Assembly: GCA_039679675.1 (NCBI GenBank)
Contig: JBDKUN010000030.1
Location: 743 to 64,742 of the forward strand
Direction: 5' to 3'
DNA: 64,000 nt
Source: Armatimonadota bacterium
GTDB lineage: Bacteria > Armatimonadota > UBA5829 > DTLH01
Positions 54,889 through 63,671 of the stretch are shown piece by piece. Numbering within the stretch: position 1 is the first letter of the stretch; every line of letters begins with the position of its first letter. The notes under the pieces are model-generated. The model did no database searches, was not told where the DNA came from, and was given only the letters and a program-made list of their open reading frames with translations. Both the position numbers and the translations under genes were made by a program.

Positions 54889-55470
54889 ATGGAAGATAAA
54901 TCAAGTTTGTATGATATGTTTCTCAAAGCTGAAAAGTTATGGAAAAAGAGGAAATCGGAAGACGAGAAGGAGAGCGTAGTTAAGGCAGTAAAGATTCTCA
55001 ATCGGATACTGAAAGAAGATCCTGATCATGTCCTTTCACTCATCCTAATGGGAGGTATCTTAGAATTTAGCAAGGGATGTTTTCAGGAACTAGGATTATC
55101 TGATGAGGCACAGGCATATACCAAAGCCTTGGAATACTGCGACCGTGCTTTAGAGATAGACCCATTGTCTGCTGAAGCCTGGGCTTGTAAAAGTGAAATA
55201 CTATTGCTGCGTATTGGACAGCCGGCGCAGGCCCTTGATGCAGTTAAAAAGGGTATGCAAGCCTTTGTAGGTGGTAGTCCAAGCCCGGAGGATGACCCAA
55301 AACTGCGGTTGTGGGTGGGGGAAACGCTATATTCGAACAAGGTCTGGGCACTTGCGGCTCTAGGAAGGGAAGATGAAGCTCGTGAGACGCTTGCGGAAGG
55401 TTTCCGGCACTATCCAGGCAGTAAATTTCTGCAAGAGACGGAAGAGAGATTCCTACCAGCAGGAAATTAG
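54889..55470 (+). CDS. TPR-repeat protein
   Basis: Start at ATG 54889 after AAGGAAGGA SD; tetratricopeptide-like helical repeats (AQAYTKALEYCDRALEIDPLSAEAWACKSEIL). Confidence 0.6.
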   Translation: MEDKSSLYDMFLKAEKLWKKRKSEDEKESVVKAVKILNRILKEDPDHVLSLILMGGILEFSKGCFQELGLSDEAQAYTKALEYCDRALEIDPLSAEAWACKSEILLLRIGQPAQALDAVKKGMQAFVGGSPSPEDDPKLRLWVGETLYSNKVWALAALGREDEARETLAEGFRHYPGSKFLQETEERFLPAGN

Positions 55471-55491
55471 CATAAAGTCTCCATTATTCCC

Positions 55492-55537
55492 TTTTCGCGT
55501 CTTTTGTGCTTCTTCGCGTCCATCGCGATTCGAAACA
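55492..55537. repeat. 45-bp direct repeat, copy 1 (ttttcgcgtcttttgtgcttcttcgcgtccatcgcgattcgaaaca)
   Basis: Matches 56593-56636 with 2 mismatches; the pair brackets the Mrr-like gene plus a repeat-element segment (about 1.1 kb). Confidence 0.7.
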
Positions 55538-55538
55538 A

Positions 55539-56345
55539 CTAGTAATCTATAGTTCCACGGCATGAAGGATAGGCAGTGCAACCCCAGAACTTGCTGCCTG
55601 CTCGGTTCCCACGGCGCGCAGTTCGAATCACCATTTGCCTGCCGCAAAAAGGACAATAAGGTGATAACGGCACATTGACGCTCTCTGCAGGCTGCGTCGA
55701 TTGATTTTTTGTCTGGACTGATCGGATCATTTCAGCCAATGTCCGGCCATCAATCAGCTTTACACCATTTTCCTTCGCGAAAACAACGGCATCAGAAGTA
55801 TATCTGCCGAAAGTGACAAATATGCCTTTGCTTCCCTGGTACATCTTGCTGTGAGTGAGGCCATGAAGCTCTCTAATCAGCGCCACACCTACCTTGGATG
55901 ATCGCCAGTGCTTACACTGTACAAGAGTCTGCTCTCCGCCTCGGCTAAGGACGATATCAATTCCCCCATCCGCACCGCTACCGGTCATGATTGCTCCATA
56001 CCCTTGCTTACGAAAAACGGCTGCAACAAGCTCTTCGAATTCGCGCCAACTCAAGTCCTTGATCGTGTCCAACCCGGTTTGTTTAGCAAGAAGCAATCCG
56101 CTGCTCCTTCTCTTCAATCCCGCTATAAGGCCCATTGCCAGAATCAAGCCTGCCGCCCATGGCGCAAACAGCCGTGACACACCACCCACTTCTTTTAGCA
56201 TTGGATTTATGCCAAATGATAACGGAATAACCTGGGACAGCATCAGGTAAATCGCAGCAGCCACACAAAGACAAGTCCACCAGGGTGCCACCACAAACAA
56301 ATTCTTCAAAACTGTGAATGCATCATCTGAACGGCGTTTTGACAT
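55539..56345 (-). CDS. Mrr-cat-type restriction endonuclease-like domain protein with C-terminal topoisomerase-type C4 zinc ribbon and N-terminal TM segments
   Basis: WREFEELVAAVFRKQGYGAIMTGSGADGGIDIVLSRGGEQTLVQCKHW (Mrr_cat D..E.K-like core); C-terminal CPFCGRQMV...CTAYPSCRG zinc ribbon; 2 N-terminal TM helices. Confidence 0.65.
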   Translation of the reverse strand: MSKRRSDDAFTVLKNLFVVAPWWTCLCVAAAIYLMLSQVIPLSFGINPMLKEVGGVSRLFAPWAAGLILAMGLIAGLKRRSSGLLLAKQTGLDTIKDLSWREFEELVAAVFRKQGYGAIMTGSGADGGIDIVLSRGGEQTLVQCKHWRSSKVGVALIRELHGLTHSKMYQGSKGIFVTFGRYTSDAVVFAKENGVKLIDGRTLAEMIRSVQTKNQSTQPAESVNVPLSPYCPFCGRQMVIRTARRGNRAGSKFWGCTAYPSCRGTIDY

Positions 56346-56432
56346 TAGAACATCCTTTGCATCATATTATTATTAAATATGAATGACACAAAGTGATTGT
56401 TCCATATCATGTATTTCGGAATCGCTTCATTG

Positions 56433-56574
56433 CTGCGGGAATTGATTCTGTGCATATCGCACAATTATCCGAAATCTGCCATTCCCGCAGCGTACCCCTC
56501 GTCCCACCCTTCTCCCGCAAGGGACAAATAGTGCTAAATTCCTATGTTTCGGGACCGCAGTTCGTCCCGAAACA
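56433..56574. repeat. Second copy of composite repeat modules
   Basis: ctgcgggaat-N38-attcccgcag (56433-56490) then cctcgtccc, then gtttcgggac-cgcagttc-gtcccgaaac (56547-56574); same module order as 31628-31813. Confidence 0.65.
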
Positions 56575-56592
56575 CGAGTTTCTATCAATCTC

Positions 56593-56636
56593 TTTCGCGT
56601 CTTTCGTGCTTCTTCGCGTCCATCGCGATTCAAAGC
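56593..56636. repeat. 45-bp direct repeat, copy 2
   Basis: tttcgcgtctttcgtgcttcttcgcgtccatcgcgattcaaag; ends at the rsmG stop codon. Confidence 0.7.
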
Positions 56637-57343
56637 GGCTTTTTGACGATTTTTGCGCCGTGGCGGGGAAACTCATCCGGTGTGGGCTTCTGTTTCTTGA
56701 TAACGACCAGGCTGCGCTCTATATCCGTGCCGGGGAGAGCAAGGCGGATAACTTCGGGGTGTCCGCCGCCAAGTGTTCCTATACCGGGTCTTGCGCCGTC
56801 GAGCTCGCTGTCTACACCAGGTCCTTTCATAGCGATAAACACGCCCCCTACCCTTACAAGCGGCAGGCAATACTCGACCAGCACCCTCATATCGGCAACA
56901 GCCCTTGCGGTGACTATGTTGTAGTGCTCTCTGTGCTCCGGTATCCGCCCTGCTTCTTCCGCGCGGGAATGCACAAGCTCGATATTGGAAAGATTCAGCC
57001 GTTGGCGGACTTCATCCAGAAAAGTCAGCTTCTTGTTTGTAGCTTCGATCAGCGTGACTTTGACATCCGGCCGCACAATCGCTATTGGAACACCCGGAAA
57101 CCCGGCTCCGGTCCCTACATCGGCAACTCCGTCGCCGTTTCGGAACCTGGCCGCCCTAAAGCATGAGAGCGAGTCGAGATAATGCTTCACACCTATCTCG
57201 CCGGGGTCAGTGATGGATGTTAAGTTGAACTTCTGGTTCCATTCCAAAAGAAGCTCCGTATATTCCGCAAACTTCTCCGCCTGTTCGTTATCTATCTTTA
57301 CTCCCAGTTCAAAAGCGCCATTAACAAGCCGTTCCTTGATCAC
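56630..57343 (-). CDS. rsmG: 16S rRNA (guanine527-N7)-methyltransferase RsmG (GidB)
   Basis: LLEWNQKFNLTSITDPGEIGVKHYLDSL and DVGTGAGFPGVPIAI SAM-binding motif; 237 aa. Confidence 0.85.
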   Translation of the reverse strand: MIKERLVNGAFELGVKIDNEQAEKFAEYTELLLEWNQKFNLTSITDPGEIGVKHYLDSLSCFRAARFRNGDGVADVGTGAGFPGVPIAIVRPDVKVTLIEATNKKLTFLDEVRQRLNLSNIELVHSRAEEAGRIPEHREHYNIVTARAVADMRVLVEYCLPLVRVGGVFIAMKGPGVDSELDGARPGIGTLGGGHPEVIRLALPGTDIERSLVVIKKQKPTPDEFPRHGAKIVKKPL

Positions 57344-57443
57344 ACAGCCCTCCGTCTCTCATTCACAATCTGTTTCAGATTATACCTGAAACTCATTAAT
57401 AGTATAACAAACCCTAAAGCAGTGGATTATAGATTAGCAGTGT

Positions 57444-57755
57444 TTGGGAAAAATAAAAATGCTCCATTTACTCAGCGGTTCCACAGACACGATTACCGCT
57501 TGCGATGAGTGTGGAAAGGAAGTGTTTCAGATGCCGATGATCTTCGATGCAGCTATGGGCCAGCTCATAAGAGAACGCCTGCAGCAGGACAAGCGCACAG
57601 CGGGAGTAACAGTCGAAATTAACTGTGCGGACGGATGCATCAGCCTGATCGGTGCAGTGGACTCGGAAGAACAGAAAAACACAGCGCTGTTTCTTATCGA
57701 AGGGCTGTCTGGAGTGAGGTCTGTAATGGACCAGATCATTATCAGACCCCACTGA
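57444..57755 (+). CDS. BON-domain protein
   Basis: GVTVEINCADGCISLIGAVDSEEQKNTALFLIEGLSGVRSVMDQI fits the BON pattern; 103 aa. Confidence 0.55.
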   Translation: MGKIKMLHLLSGSTDTITACDECGKEVFQMPMIFDAAMGQLIRERLQQDKRTAGVTVEINCADGCISLIGAVDSEEQKNTALFLIEGLSGVRSVMDQIIIRPH

Positions 57756-57766
57756 TTCTATCTTTA

Positions 57767-58813
57767 TTACTTGCTAAGTAGCGGAAGATAAGGCGACATG
57801 GCAAGCTGCGCCAGTAGGCAGCATACTGTCGACTCAGAACCCTGGTTCAAGTTGACACCCGACCTCATAAGGCCGTCGTAGCATCCGCCCGTTACAGGGT
57901 CATAGAGCGCTTCGTTGATACTGTTGCCGCCGAAGAACCAATCGAACGCAATCCTGGCCTGGTCAAGATAGTTGCGGTCGTTCGTAGCATCGTACGCTGA
58001 CAGGTTAGCCATGACTGACGCCATCGGATCGACCGCCTGCTGGTCAAACCAGGCTCTTTCCTCATTCTTGATGTACCAACCGTTGCAACCGATGGGATGA
58101 TGGACTCCATCTATATTGGTAACGCTGTTCAGAAAATCGAGACTGCGGGACGCCACGTCCAGATATTCCTGCTTTCCAAACACCTGATACGCGAGGAAGA
58201 GCGCTCTCGGCGGGATTCCATTGGAATAAGTCAGGTAGTTATCGAACCACGGCCAGTCATCCGTAGCGTTTTTGTGGAACGCTTTGCACATCGTATCTGC
58301 AAGTTTTCCCAGGTGCACGCGCACTGCATCCGCTTCGGGTTCGCCCTTCAGGTAGAAGTAGCATCCCAGTGCGGAATACGCATGTCCCCTGGTCCAGGTA
58401 ATGGCCGGGAGCCATCTTATAGCATCGTCGAACAGCCTGCGCGCAACTTTTTTTACATTTTCGTGTATGTTGGTTGCAAGCGCTTCTCCGCAGGCCCATA
58501 GAACCCTTCCGAAGCAGTCTTCGGACCCCTCATCGTCCAGAAATATCTGGTCGAACGACATGAAATTGTGGAACCGCTTGCCGGATGTCTGCGCATAATG
58601 CAGGAAACTCAAGTAAGTGCTGACCAGCCTGAGCATCCGCCTGTCACCGCTGCGTTCATATTCCTGCAGCGCAACGATCAAAGCGCGGGCATTGTCATCG
58701 GTGGTATAGCCTGTCCGTCTGTTTGGTATCGAATAAATGGCATGCTGGATAACGCCCGTGCGGTCCGTGAGCGTTTCCAGATGCTCAAGCACAATCGGTG
58801 GATAATCCGTCAC
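57767..58813 (-). CDS. (alpha/alpha)6-barrel glycoside-hydrolase-like protein, family unassigned
   Basis: 348 aa; TGYTTDDNARALIVAL and aromatic-rich helical repeats; 4-bp overlap with upstream GT4 gene. Weak. Confidence 0.45.
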   Translation of the reverse strand: MTDYPPIVLEHLETLTDRTGVIQHAIYSIPNRRTGYTTDDNARALIVALQEYERSGDRRMLRLVSTYLSFLHYAQTSGKRFHNFMSFDQIFLDDEGSEDCFGRVLWACGEALATNIHENVKKVARRLFDDAIRWLPAITWTRGHAYSALGCYFYLKGEPEADAVRVHLGKLADTMCKAFHKNATDDWPWFDNYLTYSNGIPPRALFLAYQVFGKQEYLDVASRSLDFLNSVTNIDGVHHPIGCNGWYIKNEERAWFDQQAVDPMASVMANLSAYDATNDRNYLDQARIAFDWFFGGNSINEALYDPVTGGCYDGLMRSGVNLNQGSESTVCCLLAQLAMSPYLPLLSK

Positions 58814-60144
58814 TGCTGAACCTCTACTGCATCTTCTTTCGGCGTTGTCTCAGCCGCGGCTCGTCTCCGCAGCAGGATCCTGTGGAACATGTCCAGATAA
58901 TCTATAGCAACATTGAACCACGCTGTCCGCCTGCCGAATTTGTAGGCCAGAGCTTCCATTTGCTCTCTCTTTGCAGGATTATCCAATAAATCTATAATGG
59001 CATCCGCCATAGCACCAGGATCCTTGAAATCTACCAGCATTCCTCTGCCGTCGGCCAGTATTTCCTCGGCGTAAAGATAAGGGGTAGATACTATAGCTTT
59101 GCCGCAACCCAACGCATAAGCAAGCGTGCCGCTTACGATCTGGTCTTTATTCAGATAAGGGGTAATATACACATCGGTTGCGCACAGGTATCTGACGAGC
59201 TCTGTGAGAGATAGGAAACGGTTGTTGAACCGAACATTGTTCTCCAAATTGTTGCGCCGGACAGTCTCGATCATCTCGTTGCGGTAAGTTTCGCCTTCCC
59301 AGGCTCTAACGCCGGGGTGTGTCTCACCGAGCACAAGGTAAAGCGCTTCCGGATATTTGGCAACCACGCGAGCCATGGCCTCTATTGCAAACTCTATACC
59401 CTTGCCGCGATTAATCAGGCCAAAAGTGGATATGATCTTGCGGTCAGCGATCCCCAGAGATCTCTTCACCGCAGCTGTCGATACTCTGTGAACGTTCGGC
59501 ACTCCGTGGTGGATAATCGTTATCTTCTTTGGGTCGATGTCGTATGTATCGAGCAGTATCTGCCGACCCGTGCGGACCATAACTACCACAACTTCGCAAA
59601 GGTCCGCCAGTTCCTGCAGCACCCGTTTCTGGTCCGGGTCAGGGTTATTGAGCACGGTATGCAGCGTAGCAACGGCTGGCTTTTTGAGGTTTTTGATCAG
59701 GTCGAGCACATACTCTCCCTGCGTGCCGCCGTAAATTCCATACTCGTGCTGGATACTGACGATATCGACTGTGGAATCGTTGATATACTTCGCCGCATCC
59801 AGGTAACTCTGCCGGTCATCGCGGAATATCTGAGCCCGGACTATCCTTCCGTAAGGCTCGATCTCTTCTTTCCGCTTAACGGCTATGACCGTCGGCTTGG
59901 AGAATGGGGTATACTTGGCTACTGAAGTCACCACGTCTTTTGTGAAAGTCGCAATACCGCATTCGCTTGGAGGATATGTAGCGACATACGCAGGCTCAAT
60001 CTTGTTCATCGATTCCTGGAGGAACTTGAACAGCTTATTGTCTTCGGCCTTGAGCCACCTTACCTCGTCTCTAAGGACATACTCCTCCGGAACATCTGTT
60101 TCATATGGCGATTTGCCATCGGGTTTTGTTTTATCTTTTTGCAT
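58810..60144 (-). CDS. Glycosyltransferase family 4 with N-terminal extension
   Basis: GT4 C-terminal domain (GLINRGKGIEFAIEAMARV...LVLGE...) and E-x7-E-like region; 444 aa. Confidence 0.7.
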   Translation of the reverse strand: MQKDKTKPDGKSPYETDVPEEYVLRDEVRWLKAEDNKLFKFLQESMNKIEPAYVATYPPSECGIATFTKDVVTSVAKYTPFSKPTVIAVKRKEEIEPYGRIVRAQIFRDDRQSYLDAAKYINDSTVDIVSIQHEYGIYGGTQGEYVLDLIKNLKKPAVATLHTVLNNPDPDQKRVLQELADLCEVVVVMVRTGRQILLDTYDIDPKKITIIHHGVPNVHRVSTAAVKRSLGIADRKIISTFGLINRGKGIEFAIEAMARVVAKYPEALYLVLGETHPGVRAWEGETYRNEMIETVRRNNLENNVRFNNRFLSLTELVRYLCATDVYITPYLNKDQIVSGTLAYALGCGKAIVSTPYLYAEEILADGRGMLVDFKDPGAMADAIIDLLDNPAKREQMEALAYKFGRRTAWFNVAIDYLDMFHRILLRRRAAAETTPKEDAVEVQQ

Positions 60145-60234
60145 AACTTTTCCGAAGCCAAGCGACTACCGCTTGACTCGCTGCGAGCACAAGAACTACT
60201 AAATTTGGATAATCTACGGAGCAATTAACGCGGT

Positions 60235-60585
60235 TTAAGGCGTAAGTGTGACTGCTGCTTCCGATTCATCCTCGAACAGGGGAAAAACCTTCTCCAAACC
60301 TGTGATTTCGAAGACTTTTCGGATCTGGTTGGAACTGCACACTACTGCGATCTTGCCGCCGCTCTCGCTGGCTCGCTTAAGACCTCCCACCAGTGTTCCC
60401 AGACCGGAACTGTCGATATATTCTACCCCAGCCATGCTGACCACGACACTCGGATGACCTTGCTCTATGACATCTATCATCGTATCTCTGAATTGGGCAC
60501 AAGTGTAAGAATCCAGTTCGCCAACTAACTCGATGATGGGGATGTCCTTCACCATTTTCGTCCTGATTCGCAAATCCATTTCCAT
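60235..60585 (-). CDS. STAS-domain anti-sigma factor antagonist (SpoIIAA/RsbV-like)
   Basis: Start at MEMDLRI; IIELVGELDSYTCAQFRD...VEYIDSSGLGTLV contains the conserved DSSGLG phospho-serine motif. Confidence 0.75.
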   Translation of the reverse strand: MEMDLRIRTKMVKDIPIIELVGELDSYTCAQFRDTMIDVIEQGHPSVVVSMAGVEYIDSSGLGTLVGGLKRASESGGKIAVVCSSNQIRKVFEITGLEKVFPLFEDESEAAVTLTP

Positions 60586-60933
60586 TATTCTGGCACTCCT
60601 TCTCCAGCAGGTAACGCGGACGTGTCGAGCGGCCGTCTGCGGGCTTGACTGCGATACGCACGAAGGCATCAGGTTGCGGGGCGATGTGGAACTGCCGCCA
60701 CATATTGAGTTTCAGCGTTCCTCATGCCTGAAACCCGTCCTCAAGATTTCCGGCAACAGCCAGAAATCTATAATTACTTATTCCTTGGGACAGTCCAAAT
60801 CGAAACATGACATCCTCGGCATCGTCTCGTCGGAGGAAGTTTATCATTTACGCAGGACAATGTCAACTGCACCCCCGCCAAATTGCACCCTCGCCAAATC
60901 TGATAGTTGACAGGTTATTGATGGGGCTAAATA

Positions 60934-61383
60934 TCATGCATACTGCGGAAACTCGTCTTTCAACCACCTACGCACGAGTTTATCGAACTCCTCTGCTTCT
61001 TTATAGAGTTCATCAGCTTCCGTTCTACTCACAACAGAAGATTGGTGATAAATGGCAGTGCTTCGTTTAGCTCGGCAGGTCTGGAAATAATCGGCGATTT
61101 CAGCAGTTTTATCGCCCATAATGTCAGGAAGTGCATTGAAGACTGCCCAATGATGCCCTTCACCGCGAGTTCTATAGCCTTTACATCGAAGTGGAATAGT
61201 CGAAAGCTGTAGAACAGCATCATAAGCAAGGGCAAAACGTCCTTCGGGAGAAAGCCCCTCTGCATTCGCATCCTGCAGTGATCGGGCAGCAACACGCAGC
61301 AGTTCTTGTATCTCACTTTTTGAGGTTTCCTGCTGAACTATATTGCCCCCATCCACCAAATCCTTAAAGCCCATTTTCATCAC
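60934..61383 (-). CDS. HEPN-like domain protein (putative toxin of HEPN/MNT pair)
   Basis: 149 aa helical protein with R-x5-HH (RTRGEGHH) candidate Rx4-6H motif; 20-bp overlap with upstream MNT gene. Confidence 0.5.
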   Translation of the reverse strand: MMKMGFKDLVDGGNIVQQETSKSEIQELLRVAARSLQDANAEGLSPEGRFALAYDAVLQLSTIPLRCKGYRTRGEGHHWAVFNALPDIMGDKTAEIADYFQTCRAKRSTAIYHQSSVVSRTEADELYKEAEEFDKLVRRWLKDEFPQYA

Positions 61384-61951
61384 CTATCAAGAACAGCTTC
61401 GGCGAGTTTATCAGTGAAGTTATGAAGTGGTCATCTTCGTTTTTACGGAAATTAAACTCATCTTCGGACATAACAATGGGGTTTATTACCCTGGACACAT
61501 TCGCTGACTTTAGAAGCGAAGTCAGCTTGCGAAGCGTTATGCTGCCGATGATAAACAAGTCTATATCACTTTCTGGTCTGACTTCACCTGTGGCAAAAGA
61601 GCCAAAGATGAATGCTGTGCGTATAGATTTGATTTCAGGTTGTAATGCTTCCTTTATGGCGTCAACCACACCAACAGTTTTAATGAAGATTGACCGAAGT
61701 TCAGGAATTATTGGACACAGCGGGTCTAGCTGATAATATGTCTGTCTGCCACTTGTTTCCTTCGTCAGGATTCCGGCTTTGAGTAGTTGGGCAAGCTCAC
61801 GCTGCACACTGCCTTGTGCAAGGCCAGTTTTTGCAACTAGCTCTCTGAGATAAAAACGCCTATTATCACCCAGAAGGAATATTTTAAGAAGATCAATTCT
61901 TGTTTTTGACTGTATAATGGCTTCCAGCATCTCTAGCATCTCCGTACGCAA
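61364..61951 (-). CDS. Winged-HTH + minimal nucleotidyltransferase (MNT) domain protein (putative antitoxin)
   Basis: FIFGSFATGEVRPESDIDLFIIG (GS-x9-DxD NTase motif); N-terminal ArsR-like wHTH. Confidence 0.75.
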   Translation of the reverse strand: MRTEMLEMLEAIIQSKTRIDLLKIFLLGDNRRFYLRELVAKTGLAQGSVQRELAQLLKAGILTKETSGRQTYYQLDPLCPIIPELRSIFIKTVGVVDAIKEALQPEIKSIRTAFIFGSFATGEVRPESDIDLFIIGSITLRKLTSLLKSANVSRVINPIVMSEDEFNFRKNEDDHFITSLINSPKLFLIGDENGL

Positions 61952-62020
61952 TATGCGTACAATTGTACCTTATTTGCGTACGATGTCAAGCTTCCACCCG
62001 CCAGAATGGTTACGCAATGG

Positions 62021-62611
62021 TCAGGAGTGTTTGCGTGGAATTAGCAAGCGGTTCAGCCGGTTTTCGCTTGCGGTGCTTTCAGCAACGGACTGCAGAGTTA
62101 TCTCGGTGACATACCACTGGTTTACTACCGGTAAGCCCAGTTGTTTCAGCCTTATGAGCATAGCCGGTCTGGACACATAAAACTTGTCGGACAGAACTGA
62201 CAGCCGCCAGTCCGGGTCGTCCTCCAGAAAATTATACATTTCGACGACCAGTGGCTCGGGCATCAGGAGGCACGCGGCAAACTGCGACGCATACCGCTCT
62301 TCCGCGTCCCCGTCTGCCCCAGCCTCTCTCATGAGGAGCCGCATTTGAGGACGTGCTGAGCCTATGATGTGATGCCCCAACTCATGAGCTATGGAAAACT
62401 GCCTTCTCCTGGGCGAATCGAGAGAGTTCACTACAATCTCGGTCCTGCCGCTCGGCAGAGTCAAATAGAATGCGGAAACTTCGTCTCCCAAAGGCCGGCG
62501 TATCAAGTCTATATTGTAGTGACTGCAGACAGCGCCGACATCACAGGGAATGATAAGGCCCAACTGCTTCCATATCCGGGCTGATTGTTCCTCCAGCAAG
62601 TCATTGACCAT
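62021..62611 (-). CDS. ImmA/IrrE-family metallo-endopeptidase (DUF955)
   Basis: SIAHELGHHIIG HExxH motif in DUF955 context; overlaps the upstream XRE gene by 11 bp. Confidence 0.75.
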   Translation of the reverse strand: MVNDLLEEQSARIWKQLGLIIPCDVGAVCSHYNIDLIRRPLGDEVSAFYLTLPSGRTEIVVNSLDSPRRRQFSIAHELGHHIIGSARPQMRLLMREAGADGDAEERYASQFAACLLMPEPLVVEMYNFLEDDPDWRLSVLSDKFYVSRPAMLIRLKQLGLPVVNQWYVTEITLQSVAESTASENRLNRLLIPRKHS

Positions 62612-62957
62612 GTTCGGAGTTCCTGTCTATCTCGAGCCTTTCTCTTACCACTTCTTCTATAATCTTTCTGGACTCCTCCGACAGAGTATCATTTCGCCTG
62701 AGCGCTATCCGCACTACTTCGATAGTATCCTTTGGCTCAATATAACCGGCAGCGATCATAAGCGGCTCTGCGGATGTCTTGTAGCCTTTTGCGAATTTTT
62801 CTACGATCTCGCGGGACGGCACTTTTCCGCCTTTCATTGCATGGAGGTAAGCCTGGCTTATACCGGTCTTTATCGTGGCTTTGCCATAGCTGTCCTCTCC
62901 CATTATTTCCTTGACTATATGTCCAAAGTCTTCGCTTACACGGGTCTCAACTGGCAT
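62601..62957 (-). CDS. XRE-family helix-turn-helix regulator
   Basis: 118 aa; HTH-like GISQAYLHAMKGGKVPSREIVEKFAKG; classic XRE/ImmA gene pair arrangement. Confidence 0.6.
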   Translation of the reverse strand: MPVETRVSEDFGHIVKEIMGEDSYGKATIKTGISQAYLHAMKGGKVPSREIVEKFAKGYKTSAEPLMIAAGYIEPKDTIEVVRIALRRNDTLSEESRKIIEEVVRERLEIDRNSEHGQ

Positions 62958-63094
62958 TGTTCACCTCACTACAAAGGTTAGCATACGAACACAAAGAATT
63001 CCAAAAGTTCCTTAATGAAAGCCTTTACAACGTAGCGAAGAACGTTTAGAATCAATATGATACACGTCATTCACTATGATAAGAATAATGACCT

Positions 63095-63547
63095 ATGTCA
63101 GATAATCACATCAACGATAACACTGAATTTGAAGTATCATCCGAGCAATCGCAGGTTGACTTCCACTTCAAGGCAACTGCGGAAGCGGCAGCACAGGCCC
63201 GCAGGCAATTCAGACATATACTGGACAACTGGTGTCCGAACTGCAGTGCCACCAGAGATGAGCTGCTGCTCGCTGTCGGAGAAGCAATAAGCAATGCTTG
63301 CCGCCACGGCTGCGGCGGCAAGCCCTTACCTATCCATGTCAGCGCGTCCTGGGATGCAAAAGACCGAGAAGTGACTGTGGAAGTGCATGACCCCGGCTCC
63401 GGGTTTGATTACCCGCTGTTTATGCGCCGTACGCATGCCGATGAAGACTACTCATGCGGCCTCTTCCTGATGGTCAACAGCGCGGACAGCGTAAGCTATG
63501 AACGCCGGGACAATTCCTTCGTTTGCACGATCAAAAAACGGCTCTGA
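63095..63547 (+). CDS. Anti-sigma regulatory factor / Ser-protein kinase (RsbW/SpoIIAB-like HATPase_c_2)
   Basis: LAVGEAISNACRHGCGG...VEVHDPGSGFD matches the GHKL N, G1 boxes of RsbW-type kinases; 150 aa. Confidence 0.75.
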   Translation: MSDNHINDNTEFEVSSEQSQVDFHFKATAEAAAQARRQFRHILDNWCPNCSATRDELLLAVGEAISNACRHGCGGKPLPIHVSASWDAKDREVTVEVHDPGSGFDYPLFMRRTHADEDYSCGLFLMVNSADSVSYERRDNSFVCTIKKRL

Positions 63548-63671
63548 CACTCCATCTAACCTAATATTTAAACCATCACACCCTCACATCCTGCATTACG
63601 ACATACAAACTCTTTCAAATCACTCCTGTATGAAGGATAATCCGGCGAATACGGCGTATATTTTATAGATA

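Noticed and set aside
55610-55635. tRNA-like T-loop sequence gttcgaatc
   Set aside because: There are no complementary T-stem arms, no acceptor or anticodon arms, and it lies inside the Mrr-like coding sequence.
55453-55656. Small ORFs 55453..55656 (-) and 56427..56633 (-) sharing the NRDGREEA[QR]KTRK peptide
   Set aside because: The shared peptide is just the translation of the 45-bp direct repeat. The ORFs otherwise overlap real genes or repeat DNA, so they are unlikely to be proteins.
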